A DNA stretch of 33,958 bases from Gemmatimonadota bacterium (GTDB lineage: Bacteria > Gemmatimonadota > Gemmatimonadetes > Longimicrobiales > Gaopeijiaceae): contig JASFUR010000001.1 in NCBI GenBank assembly GCA_050050215.1, positions 1-33,958 on the forward strand, read 5' to 3'. This document shows positions 20,939 to 28,553 of the stretch, piece by piece (within the stretch, counting starts at the first letter, position 1; every line of letters starts with the position of its first letter). A program made the position numbers and the translations under genes. The notes under the pieces are model-generated. The model was not told where the DNA came from. It did no database searches and saw only the letters and a list, made by a program, of their open reading frames with translations.

Positions 20939-21601
20939 TCACGTGGCGCGCCGACATACGAAGCTGAACTGGTAGGTCCAGCGGAGGGGAATCACGGCCC
21001 GCGCGACCGTGCGCAGCGTGCGCGTCCAGAACCCGGCCGGCTTCGTGTGCCAGGGCTCCTTCTCGACACGCGCGACCCGGAGGCCTCGACGCTCGATGAG
21101 CGTGCGCCAGCCCGTCAGGTCGAGCAGCAACTCCTGCGCCTCCTGTTGCTCAGTCCCTCCGGAGCCGCGGAGGCGCCACACGATGAAGTCCGCGTTGGGG
21201 ACCACGAGCAAGGCGACGCCGTCCGGTCGGAGCACACGCGCTACCTCGGAAATGCCCACGGCGGGATCGAGGAAATGCTCGAGGCTGCCCAGGCACATGA
21301 CGACGTCGAACGCGGCGTCCCGGAAGGGGAGGGCCTCGCCTGCCGCGCGGGCGAGCCCCGCCGACGGGGTGCGGGCCCGCGCGAGCGCGACCGCGTTGGG
21401 GGCGATCTCCACGCCGAACGGGTCGAGCCCCACCTGCTCGGCATCACGCAACAGAAAGCCCTCACCGCATCCGATGTCGAGCAAGCGTCCCCCCGTGCGC
21501 GCCCCCACCGTGCGCAGGTACGTGCGGTAGTCGCGCATCGATCCCGGCGGATGCGTGTAGCGTCGGGTGTAGAACTCCTCGACGTCGCGCCGCGTGCTCA
21601 C
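20939..21601 (-). CDS. Class I SAM-dependent methyltransferase
   Basis: The real gene is the C-terminal 220 aa of track ORF 20939..22387. The GTG at 21601 overlaps the stop of the upstream gene (GTGA). It has SAM motif I LLDIGCGEGFLL and motif II DVVMCLGSLEH. The upstream part of the long ORF is Arg/Pro-rich and overlaps a better gene in another frame. Confidence 0.8.
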   Translation of the reverse strand: MSTRRDVEEFYTRRYTHPPGSMRDYRTYLRTVGARTGGRLLDIGCGEGFLLRDAEQVGLDPFGVEIAPNAVALARARTPSAGLARAAGEALPFRDAAFDVVMCLGSLEHFLDPAVGISEVARVLRPDGVALLVVPNADFIVWRLRGSGGTEQQEAQELLLDLTGWRTLIERRGLRVARVEKEPWHTKPAGFWTRTLRTVARAVIPLRWTYQFSFVCRRAT

Positions 21602-22497
21602 GCCCGCCTGCGCAGCAGCAGCAGGGCCGGGATGACCTCGCCTGTCATGGTCCACAGTCGTGCCCCGATCGCGACGGCCGCCGCCACCCCGAGCGGCATG
21701 ACACCGCTCAGCAACAGGGCGAGGGCTCCCTCCTTGGCGCCCAGGCCCGCCGGCGCGATGACGACGACGTATCCTGCGACGAACGAAAGCGCGAAGCTCG
21801 CGACGAGATGAGGGAACAGGGCGATGGGGGCATCGGTGAGGCTCGCCGTGAACGCGTGGAAGGCCGCGCCGTATACGAGCCACTGGCCCGTGCACATGAC
21901 CAGGAGCACCGCGGCGTCGACGGTAGTACCCCGCCAGGGGCGGAGCTCGCGCTTCAGCAGGCGCCCGGGAATCCGCAGAGCAGCTCGCACGAGCGCAGGA
22001 TGCAGGAGGAGCAGCGCCATCGGCGCGACCCAGCGAGCGACGACCAGCGGCGCCTCGAGGGCCGGGATCGCATCCAGGGGAAACAGGTAGACGCCCAGCA
22101 CCGATGCGGACAGCGTCGCGTACAGCATGTAGAGCGCCAGGGAGGTGATCGACGTCACGGCGTCGATCCCGAGGGCGCGGGCCATGTCGGCCACGCCGAC
22201 CAGCTGCCACACCTTGCCGGGGATGTAGCGGCCCAGGCTGGACACGAACCAGACGCGTGCGAGGGGAACGAGGGCGACGTCGTGATCGAAGGCGGCGAGG
22301 ACGCGTCGCCAGATGACGGCGCTTCCCATCAGGCCGCATAGGAGCAGGGCGATCGACAGGGCCAGCCATCCTCCTTCGAACGACCAATCGTAGGCGAGCA
22401 GCTCCTCGCGCCTTCCCACGACCGCGCGCACCAGAAAGAAGAGCGCTGCGACGATGAACAGCGTGCCGGCGAGGCGGCGCAGGAAGCTCCGGCTCAA
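21598..22497 (-). CDS. Flippase-like / lysylphosphatidylglycerol-synthase-TM-domain (UPF0104) family membrane protein
   Basis: This is the C-terminal 299 aa of track ORF 21598..23838. The TTG at 22497 overlaps the TGA of the upstream YfhO-like gene (TTGA). It has eight or so hydrophobic helices and the SLGRYIPGKVW and APAGLGAKEG motifs I associate with UPF0104/TIGR00374. Confidence 0.7.
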   Translation of the reverse strand: MSRSFLRRLAGTLFIVAALFFLVRAVVGRREELLAYDWSFEGGWLALSIALLLCGLMGSAVIWRRVLAAFDHDVALVPLARVWFVSSLGRYIPGKVWQLVGVADMARALGIDAVTSITSLALYMLYATLSASVLGVYLFPLDAIPALEAPLVVARWVAPMALLLLHPALVRAALRIPGRLLKRELRPWRGTTVDAAVLLVMCTGQWLVYGAAFHAFTASLTDAPIALFPHLVASFALSFVAGYVVVIAPAGLGAKEGALALLLSGVMPLGVAAAVAIGARLWTMTGEVIPALLLLRRRA

Positions 22498-24905
22498 GCG
22501 GATTCGGGGGGAGGGGCGGCCCGGCGCGCGCTCAGCACCGAGACGACCGTCACCACCAGGAGCACCCCGGCGGCCAGAAGCGTGATGACGAGCCCGATGC
22601 GGAGGGAGGGGGGCTCGAACGTGAACGTGACCGTGTGCGTTCCGGCCGGAATCGGAACGGCGCGGAAGGTGTGGTACGCCCGCAGGACCCGCGCCGGAGC
22701 GTCGTCGACGCGTGCGACCCAATCGGGATAGTAGTTGTCCGTCAGAACCAGGAAGGCGGGCTGATTGCTTTGGACCTCGACGTCGACCCTGGCGGGGTCG
22801 TGCCGTGTCACTCGAGCGTCGGCCTGCAGCGTGCTCGGGTCGGACCCACCCGAGACGGTATCGTAGACCAGGGCAGCCCGGAGCGGATCGAACCCTTCCT
22901 CCTGCATCGCCCTGAGCGCGCCGTCGGGCTCCGGCACCTGCTCCGCCGCGGCCACCACGAACGCTCTCGGCAATGCCGTCGTGTTCCGGTAGACGATGGC
23001 GGACCGCCCGTTTCGCGTTCGTCCTCGGAACACCGGCTCGAAGATCGGTGATTGGACGTTCTGCTGCGTCAGCACGTATCGGGCGTTCGCGAGGGCGAGG
23101 AACACGGGGTTGTTCATGTTGCTGAAGTCCGTGTACGAGGCCCCACTCGTGCCCAGGAACTCGTTGTAGGCCTGCAGCTGGTTGCCGTGCTCGCCCCCCA
23201 CGATCTCCAGATCGAAGAGCGTGAGGTAGTCGTCCTGCGGCAGGTCCGGAAGCACGAAGGTGCGGAAGGGACCATCCTGTGTGCTCAGGAACTCGACGAT
23301 CTCGTCCCGTGGAAAGACCTGATCGGGACCCGGGATCGCCTCGATGAACCGCCGATCGATGACCCAGAGGTCCGTCACGACGATGATGCCGATGAGGATC
23401 CCGGCTGCGCGGAGCGGCAGCTTGCCGCGCAGCCATGCCCACAAGGCGCCGAGGGTCACGCCCGTGAAGAGAACGAAGCGCCACGCGCCCGGAGGGTACG
23501 TCGGTCGCTGAGCACCCTGGGTCGAGGCGATCAGGCCCCAGAGCACCGCGACCCCGCCGGCAGCAAGCATGACCCGGGTCGCGGTGGCGAGCTCGCTGGA
23601 CGCGGCGGCACGCTCCGCCTTGCGTCGCCCCGACGCCGCCTCCTCGCGCAGCGTCGAGAGGCGATCGAGCGCGAGGCCCGCGACCACCACGATGCACAGG
23701 ATGAAGAGGAAGAAGGCCAGGGACGGCGCTCGAAACCGAGCCGTGCCCGGCAGCACCGCGTAGTAGAGCCGGTAGATCGGCGTGTATCCACCGAAGGCGA
23801 TGGTCAGTATGAACAGCGCGAGCCCGCCGAAGAACCACGCGACCCGGTCACGTCGCAGCACGTAGACGCCGACGACGGCGAGCAGCAACGCGAACGCGCC
23901 CAGGTACTCGGTGTGCAGCTTGAACGGGTTGGCGCCTCGGTACGCGTCGAGGATGCCGGCCTGCTCGGGTACGGCGAGCCCGGTGATCTCGACCGGCGGC
24001 ATCGACCACGAGGTTGCGTACTCGTAGCCGCGTCCGGGCCCCGCTCGCGGCGACGCGTCCACGTATCCGGCGAACGGGAGGAAGTTGACGGCGTTGAGCG
24101 CAAACGCCGCCGTGAGCATGAAGGCCGCTCCGGAAAGCTTCCTCACGACCCGCTCGGGGAAGCGGAAGAGGAGGAAGACTCCCCACAGACCACCCGCGAG
24201 GAGGACGTAGTAGGCGCTCTGTATCTGGAACGAGAGCATGGCCGAGCCCAGCACGAAGCCGCCCAGCGCGAACCAGCGTAGCCCACCCGTACGCACAGCC
24301 CGGTGGAGCGCGAAAAGGAAGAACGGCGCCAAGGTGGCCACGATCGTGCGCCCGTCGTGCCCCCCGTACACGTACGAGATCAGGTATCCCGAGAACATGA
24401 ACGAGAGACCCGTCAGCCACGCTGCGAAGCGCCTCGCCCCCAACTCGCGCAGCAGCGCGTACGTACCCCAGCCGGCGAGCACGAACTGCACGACGAAGAT
24501 GATCGCCAGGTGCTTGTACGTCGGCACGCCGATGAGCCGAAGGACGAGGGACACCGGGTAGTAGATGTCCATCGAGTTGGCGAAGTACGGCACGCCCCCG
24601 TACACGTACGGGATCCATTTCGGTAGCTCGCCCGCCTGGAACTGATGCGTCACGAACTCCTCGAAGATGTAGCTGATGGCGAGGTAGTCCGTGCCGAAGA
24701 TCTGCATCCCGGGCATGAGCGCCGGCATGAAGAGGGCGATGGCGAGGACGACGTAGCTGCCGATGAGCAGCAGGGGAGGGAAGAACTCGTCGCCGGAGTC
24801 GTCGCCCGACCGCTTCTTATCGCTCACGTACGGAGCTCCAGCTTCATGCCACACAACCCGACGGGAATCGCCGTCGACCGTGTCATCATCGATGTGCTCC
24901 GTCAA
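22494..24905 (-). CDS. YfhO-like polytopic membrane protein (putative GT-C fold glycosyltransferase)
   Basis: About 800 aa with many transmembrane helices in the first two thirds and a C-terminal extracytoplasmic domain. That domain ends LVLTDNYYPDWVARVDDAPARVLRAYHTFRAVPIPAGTHTVTFTFEP, then a final TM helix, a pattern I recognise from YfhO family proteins. The start is ambiguous: TTG at 24905, GTG at 24854 or GTG at 24827. Confidence 0.7.
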   Translation of the reverse strand: MTEHIDDDTVDGDSRRVVWHEAGAPYVSDKKRSGDDSGDEFFPPLLLIGSYVVLAIALFMPALMPGMQIFGTDYLAISYIFEEFVTHQFQAGELPKWIPYVYGGVPYFANSMDIYYPVSLVLRLIGVPTYKHLAIIFVVQFVLAGWGTYALLRELGARRFAAWLTGLSFMFSGYLISYVYGGHDGRTIVATLAPFFLFALHRAVRTGGLRWFALGGFVLGSAMLSFQIQSAYYVLLAGGLWGVFLLFRFPERVVRKLSGAAFMLTAAFALNAVNFLPFAGYVDASPRAGPGRGYEYATSWSMPPVEITGLAVPEQAGILDAYRGANPFKLHTEYLGAFALLLAVVGVYVLRRDRVAWFFGGLALFILTIAFGGYTPIYRLYYAVLPGTARFRAPSLAFFLFILCIVVVAGLALDRLSTLREEAASGRRKAERAAASSELATATRVMLAAGGVAVLWGLIASTQGAQRPTYPPGAWRFVLFTGVTLGALWAWLRGKLPLRAAGILIGIIVVTDLWVIDRRFIEAIPGPDQVFPRDEIVEFLSTQDGPFRTFVLPDLPQDDYLTLFDLEIVGGEHGNQLQAYNEFLGTSGASYTDFSNMNNPVFLALANARYVLTQQNVQSPIFEPVFRGRTRNGRSAIVYRNTTALPRAFVVAAAEQVPEPDGALRAMQEEGFDPLRAALVYDTVSGGSDPSTLQADARVTRHDPARVDVEVQSNQPAFLVLTDNYYPDWVARVDDAPARVLRAYHTFRAVPIPAGTHTVTFTFEPPSLRIGLVITLLAAGVLLVVTVVSVLSARRAAPPPESA

Positions 24906-26124
24906 GGCCGCGCGAGACGCGTCGGCCGCGCCCTTTCGACGCGACGTCCCGGTACAGTGCCTCGAGGCGCGGAACGACGGTCCTCCACGAGAACTCGTCG
25001 CGTACCAGGGCGCGACCCTGTGAGCCGAGGCGAGCGCGCAGCTCGGGGCACTCCGCGAGGCGTACGATCGCTTCCGCCAGGGCCGCCGTGTCGCCCGGCT
25101 CCACGAGGAGCCCGGTCTCGTCGTCCTTCACGACATCGACGATCCCGCCGGTGCGGCTCGCGATGGCCGGCTTGCCGTGCGCGAGGGCCTCGATGAGCAC
25201 CACGCCGAGGCCCTCCGTGTCTCCCTTTTCGTCGACGACGGCCGGCAGCACGAACGCGTCCGCGCTCCTGTAGCGGTCACGCAGGGTCGCGTCGTCCACG
25301 AACCCTTCGAAGGTCACGATGTCGTCCACTCCCGCGCTGCGAGCGTGCGCCTCCAGAGACTCGCGAAGCGGCCCGTCGCCCACGACGCGGAGCTCCACCG
25401 GGACCCGAGTCCGAGCCTGCGTGAGGGCATCGAGCAGGTAACGGACTCCCTTCCGGGCCACGAGACGGCCCACGAAGAGCAGGGAAAGGGGGCCGGAATC
25501 GAGTGACGGGGTGGCTTCGGTCTCCGATCCGACGTCGATCGAGCTGCCGAAGGCGATGCGGTGCACTTCACGGTCGTAGACCGCGCGGATCATGGCGCTC
25601 GTATAGGTGGAGTTGGCCGTGACCGCGTCGGAGCGGCGGATGATCCAGCGCAGCAGCGGCTTGAGTGGACGCAGCTGACGGTTCGTCCAGGTGAGGCCGA
25701 CGCCGTGAAAAGTGCAGATCACGGGAACCCTCGTGACGAGTCGTGCCGCGAAGCCGAGAAGAGCGTGCGGGATCGGCCAGTGGACGTGCACGGCGTCGAA
25801 TCGGCCGCGACGTACGATGCGCGCCGCGGCGAGGGCGCCCGAAGCCACATACCCCGGCACGAGGGCGAGGTAGGCGGGCCGGGATCGGATGCGATCGGGC
25901 GCCGTCTGGTCGTGGGTGAGGTCTTCGATCCTAGCCGGAGCGTAGCGGAACCGATGCACCCGCACGCCGTCGACCGTGTGGCTGCGGAGGCCACGGTAGG
26001 AGGGTGCTAGGACCTCCACGTCGATCCCGTCGGCGCGCAGCCGTTGAATCGTCTCGACGAGCCACGGGGTGACGACATCGTCTTGATGACGCTTGTAGGC
26101 CGTGACGATGTAGAGGATCTTCAC
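24886..26124 (-). CDS. Glycosyltransferase family 4 (GT-B fold, group 1 glycosyltransferase)
   Basis: The preferred GTG at 26124 gives VKILYIVTAYKR, a typical GT4 N-terminus. The track start at 26205 adds 27 Arg/Pro-rich residues. The C-terminal domain has the EX7E-type region PAVVDEKGDTEGLGVVLIEALAHGKPAIASRTGGIVDVV. Confidence 0.8.
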   Translation of the reverse strand: MKILYIVTAYKRHQDDVVTPWLVETIQRLRADGIDVEVLAPSYRGLRSHTVDGVRVHRFRYAPARIEDLTHDQTAPDRIRSRPAYLALVPGYVASGALAAARIVRRGRFDAVHVHWPIPHALLGFAARLVTRVPVICTFHGVGLTWTNRQLRPLKPLLRWIIRRSDAVTANSTYTSAMIRAVYDREVHRIAFGSSIDVGSETEATPSLDSGPLSLLFVGRLVARKGVRYLLDALTQARTRVPVELRVVGDGPLRESLEAHARSAGVDDIVTFEGFVDDATLRDRYRSADAFVLPAVVDEKGDTEGLGVVLIEALAHGKPAIASRTGGIVDVVKDDETGLLVEPGDTAALAEAIVRLAECPELRARLGSQGRALVRDEFSWRTVVPRLEALYRDVASKGRGRRVSRGLDGAHR

Positions 26125-26362
26125 GTGTCCGAGCCGCCGTGGGGTCGGTGAGTCCGCGCTTCGGCCCGGCAGCTGCCGGGGGACCAGGAGCGCGTCGCGT
26201 CTCATTCCGCGTTGAGGCCCATGAACCTAATCTGCGGGCCTCAGCGGAGCCAAAGGGCCCGCAACCCACGAGGCACGAAAACGTTGCGTTCCGCCCGCAG
26301 ATTCGCCATCGAATGGGCGGATTCCACTCCGGGTGAGCCCACGAGAGCGAGAAGGACCGGAC

Positions 26363-26881
26363 ATGGCCTGGGAAATCGAGCGACGCTTTCTGGTGCGCGT
26401 GGCCGATGCCATGTGGCTCCGTCTCGGCGAGGGGTACCACCTGCGACAGGGATACATCCGGAACGGTCAGCCATCGGTGAGGATCCGCATCGGAGAGCCC
26501 AGAGGGGCGGTCCTGACGTGCAAGAGCGGGAAGGGGATCCGGAGGGAAGAGCACGAGGCCGTCGTCCCCGACGAGCTCGCGACGGTCCTTTTCGAGGCGG
26601 CTGAGGATTGCGTCATCGAGAAGATCCGCTGGCACGTGGGGGACTGGGAACTGGATCGCTTTCTGGGCCCTTTGGACGGGCTCATCCTCATCGAGATCGA
26701 GCTCGAGTCCGAGGATCAGGCGATGCCTCCGGTCCCGGAGGGAGTCCATATCCTGCGTGAGGTCACAGACGATAAACGCTTTGTCAGTGGGTACTTAGCT
26801 CGTATGTCTGACAAGAAGCAGAGGAAGCTCGTGAAGAAGGTCTACAAGGAGGTGAAGGGATGGGACGGTCTCAGCGGCTAG
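26363..26881 (+). CDS. CYTH domain protein (triphosphate tunnel metalloenzyme family)
   Basis: The ATG at 26363 has GAAGGA 7 nt upstream. The N-terminal MAWEIERRFLV is the ExExK-type CYTH signature. Alternating charged beta strands follow (RIR, LTCK, EIELE). A Lys-rich C-terminal tail is encoded by a locally AT-richer stretch. Confidence 0.75.
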   Translation: MAWEIERRFLVRVADAMWLRLGEGYHLRQGYIRNGQPSVRIRIGEPRGAVLTCKSGKGIRREEHEAVVPDELATVLFEAAEDCVIEKIRWHVGDWELDRFLGPLDGLILIEIELESEDQAMPPVPEGVHILREVTDDKRFVSGYLARMSDKKQRKLVKKVYKEVKGWDGLSG

Positions 26882-27414
26882 CGGCGCTTCCGGCGGCGCT
26901 GCTGCTCGGGGGCTGCACGATGATCGGCTCTCAGGGCCGAATGGCACCCTCCGTGTCTTCGCGTCCTCCGGCTGGGGGGTCCGTCGCGTCGATTCCGGAC
27001 ATCATTCCGTCACCCGAGCCGCCGGCGGGCTCTGGCAACATGGTCTCGTACGAGCAGAACGGGCATCGATACCGTGTCCTCGACTGGTCCTACGGCTACG
27101 ACGAGCGCGGTAAGGCTTCTTGGTACGGGGAGGACTTCCACGGCCGCAACACGAGCAGCGGGGAGCCTTACGACATGTACAAGCTCACGGCCGCCCACCG
27201 GACGCTCCCGCTCCCGAGCTTCGTACGGGTCACCAACCTGGACAACGGGCAAGCCGTGGTGCTGCGGGTGAACGACCGTGGTCCGTTCGCCGACACGGAC
27301 TCCCGCATCATCGACGTGTCGTACGCGGCCGCCGTGCGCCTCGGAATGGTCGGCACCGGGACGGCCAACGTGCGCGTCGAGGCGATTCAGCCCTGGCAGT
27401 ACCGGGTCGAGTAG
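26860..27414 (+). CDS. rlpA: Septal-ring lytic transglycosylase RlpA family lipoprotein (DPBB domain)
   Basis: The ATG at 26860 is preceded by a strong AAGGAGGTG (26846-26854) that lies inside the CYTH gene. It has a lipobox LLLGGC and the motif series GKASWYGEDFHGRNTSSGEPYDMYKLTAAHRTLPLPSFVRVTNLDNGQAVVLRVNDRGPF, which is diagnostic for RlpA. Confidence 0.9.
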   Translation: MGRSQRLAALPAALLLGGCTMIGSQGRMAPSVSSRPPAGGSVASIPDIIPSPEPPAGSGNMVSYEQNGHRYRVLDWSYGYDERGKASWYGEDFHGRNTSSGEPYDMYKLTAAHRTLPLPSFVRVTNLDNGQAVVLRVNDRGPFADTDSRIIDVSYAAAVRLGMVGTGTANVRVEAIQPWQYRVE

Positions 27415-27600
27415 TCCGATCCCATCGGAAGGACCATCGCTCCTCCGGGGTCAGCGCAGGTCCGCAGGTGTTCGGGCCCTCCGGGGCGCATCCCTCCAGG
27501 CGCATGAGCATCCGAGTGTACGCGGTGGGGCAGTCGGATCACCCGATTCGGCGTGTTCCGGGGCCGCTACCCAGGTGGAGATCCCATGGGCTCGTTCTTA

Positions 27601-27628
27601 GAATAACATAATACATATTATACGAAGC
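27601..27628 (-). other. dif: dif-like XerC/XerD chromosome-dimer-resolution site (28 bp)
   Basis: The minus strand reads GCTTCGTATAA-TATGTA-TTATGTTATTC. E. coli dif is GGTGCGCATAA-TGTATA-TTATGTTAAAT. That gives 8/11 in the XerC arm, 4/6 in the spacer and 8/11 in the XerD arm, with TTATGTTA exact. It is the only strongly AT-rich patch in the window. It lies in the longest intergenic gap (383 bp), between convergent genes. Confidence 0.7.
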
Positions 27629-27698
27629 ACTCCGAGGTCGCATACGGAGTGGGATCCGGTACCAATGCCCCGGTGATCTTCGACGACGACCGAGTCGT

Positions 27699-27738
27699 GG
27701 CCCGCACGGACGAATCAAGCGTGGAGTCCGTGCGGGCC
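27699..27738. terminator. Perfect 13-bp inverted repeat hairpin downstream of the TPR gene (candidate terminator)
   Basis: GGCCCGCACGGAC (27699-27711) and GTCCGTGCGGGCC (27726-27738) are exact reverse complements with a 14-nt loop. It lies 60 nt beyond the stop of the minus-strand gene 27798..28490. There is no U-tract. Confidence 0.4.
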
Positions 27739-27797
27739 GACGAGTTGATCAGAGGCTGACAGCGCGGCACGGAGGCGCCGGCGCGATGGGAACGAGC

Positions 27798-28490
27798 CTA
27801 GGCCTGCCTCGCCGTCTCGATCTCCTCGATCCGCATCTGGTACTGGCCCCTCTGCGGGTCCGCCTCGTCGAGGCCGTCGAGAAGGCGCTGATAGAGGGTG
27901 ATGGCCCCGTCCAGATCGCCCTGGTCCCTGCGAATGCGGGCGGCCGCCTGGAGCGCGTCCCTCACCTGGAAATCCAGCTCCGACCGGTCGGCGATGCCGA
28001 GGTACACCTGAATCGCATCGTCCCACTCACCGTCTTCCTCGAGGGCGGCTCCGAGGAGCATCGCCGCCTGGAACTCGATGGGCCGACGCGGCGCCTCTCC
28101 CACGGGCCTCAGGACGGCCTCCGCCTGCTCGGGGCTGTCGTCCTTCAGGTAGAGCTCACCCAGCAGGAGCCTGGCCTCGGCCTCGAACGGCGTCCCCGCG
28201 GAGCGCTCGAGGAAGGTCGCGAGCTGCGTGCGGGCACCCTCGGTGTCGTTGATCGAGATGCTCTGGTAGATCTGCTCGAGCTCGGACGCCGCCTGGAGGT
28301 TCAGGTTGGCCCGGTAGTTCCGGTAGTAGACCATCCCGAGCACGCCGATCGCGATGACGACGATCAGGATGGTAAGCAGCTGCTGGTTGGCCTCGGCCCA
28401 CTTGCCGAGGTGCAGGACCTTCTCGACGAAGACGTCGTCGGGCTCGTTGCCCTTGTGTTTGCTACGCGTGCCTCGATGCCGCTGCGCCAT
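27798..28490 (-). CDS. YfgM-like membrane-anchored tetratricopeptide-repeat protein
   Basis: 230 aa. It has a short basic cytoplasmic N-terminus, one TM helix (LLTILIVVIAIGVLGMVYY), then TPR-like helical repeats (EARLLLGELYLKDDSPEQAEAVL...). The architecture matches YfgM/UPF0070. Confidence 0.65.
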   Translation of the reverse strand: MAQRHRGTRSKHKGNEPDDVFVEKVLHLGKWAEANQQLLTILIVVIAIGVLGMVYYRNYRANLNLQAASELEQIYQSISINDTEGARTQLATFLERSAGTPFEAEARLLLGELYLKDDSPEQAEAVLRPVGEAPRRPIEFQAAMLLGAALEEDGEWDDAIQVYLGIADRSELDFQVRDALQAAARIRRDQGDLDGAITLYQRLLDGLDEADPQRGQYQMRIEEIETARQA

Positions 28491-28553
28491 ACCGGGATCA
28501 CTCCGAGGGGTGGTCTGGAGAGCGCAAAAACCTAGATGTGGCGGTGACTCGGG

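Noticed and set aside
20939-23838. The full-length track ORFs 20939..22387 (482 aa) and 21598..23838 (746 aa), considered as real proteins.
   Set aside because: Only the C-terminal 220 aa and 299 aa respectively have protein-like sequence (SAM methyltransferase motifs; polytopic membrane helices). The N-terminal extensions are Arg/Pro-rich and overlap the neighbouring real genes. In-frame GTG and TTG starts that overlap the upstream stop codons give sensible gene boundaries.
27415-27600. A hidden ncRNA (SRP, 6S or tRNA-like) or a small ORF (ATG at 27504 to TAA at 27611, 35 aa) in the large intergenic region left of dif.
   Set aside because: GGTCAGCGCAGGTCCG only superficially resembles the SRP RNA domain IV, and the GGAAGGAAGCAGC core is absent. 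I could fold no tRNA cloverleaf. The small ORF has no RBS, has an Arg/Pro-rich composition and runs into the dif core.
27611-27627. Resemblance of ACATATTATACGAAG to the loxP arm/spacer (…ACATTATACGAAGTTAT).
   Set aside because: Only one arm-like segment is present, with no 13-8-13 lox architecture and no Cre-like gene adjacent. The full 28-mer fits the 11-6-11 dif layout much better. The similarity probably reflects the shared AT-rich core preferences of tyrosine recombinase sites, or chance.
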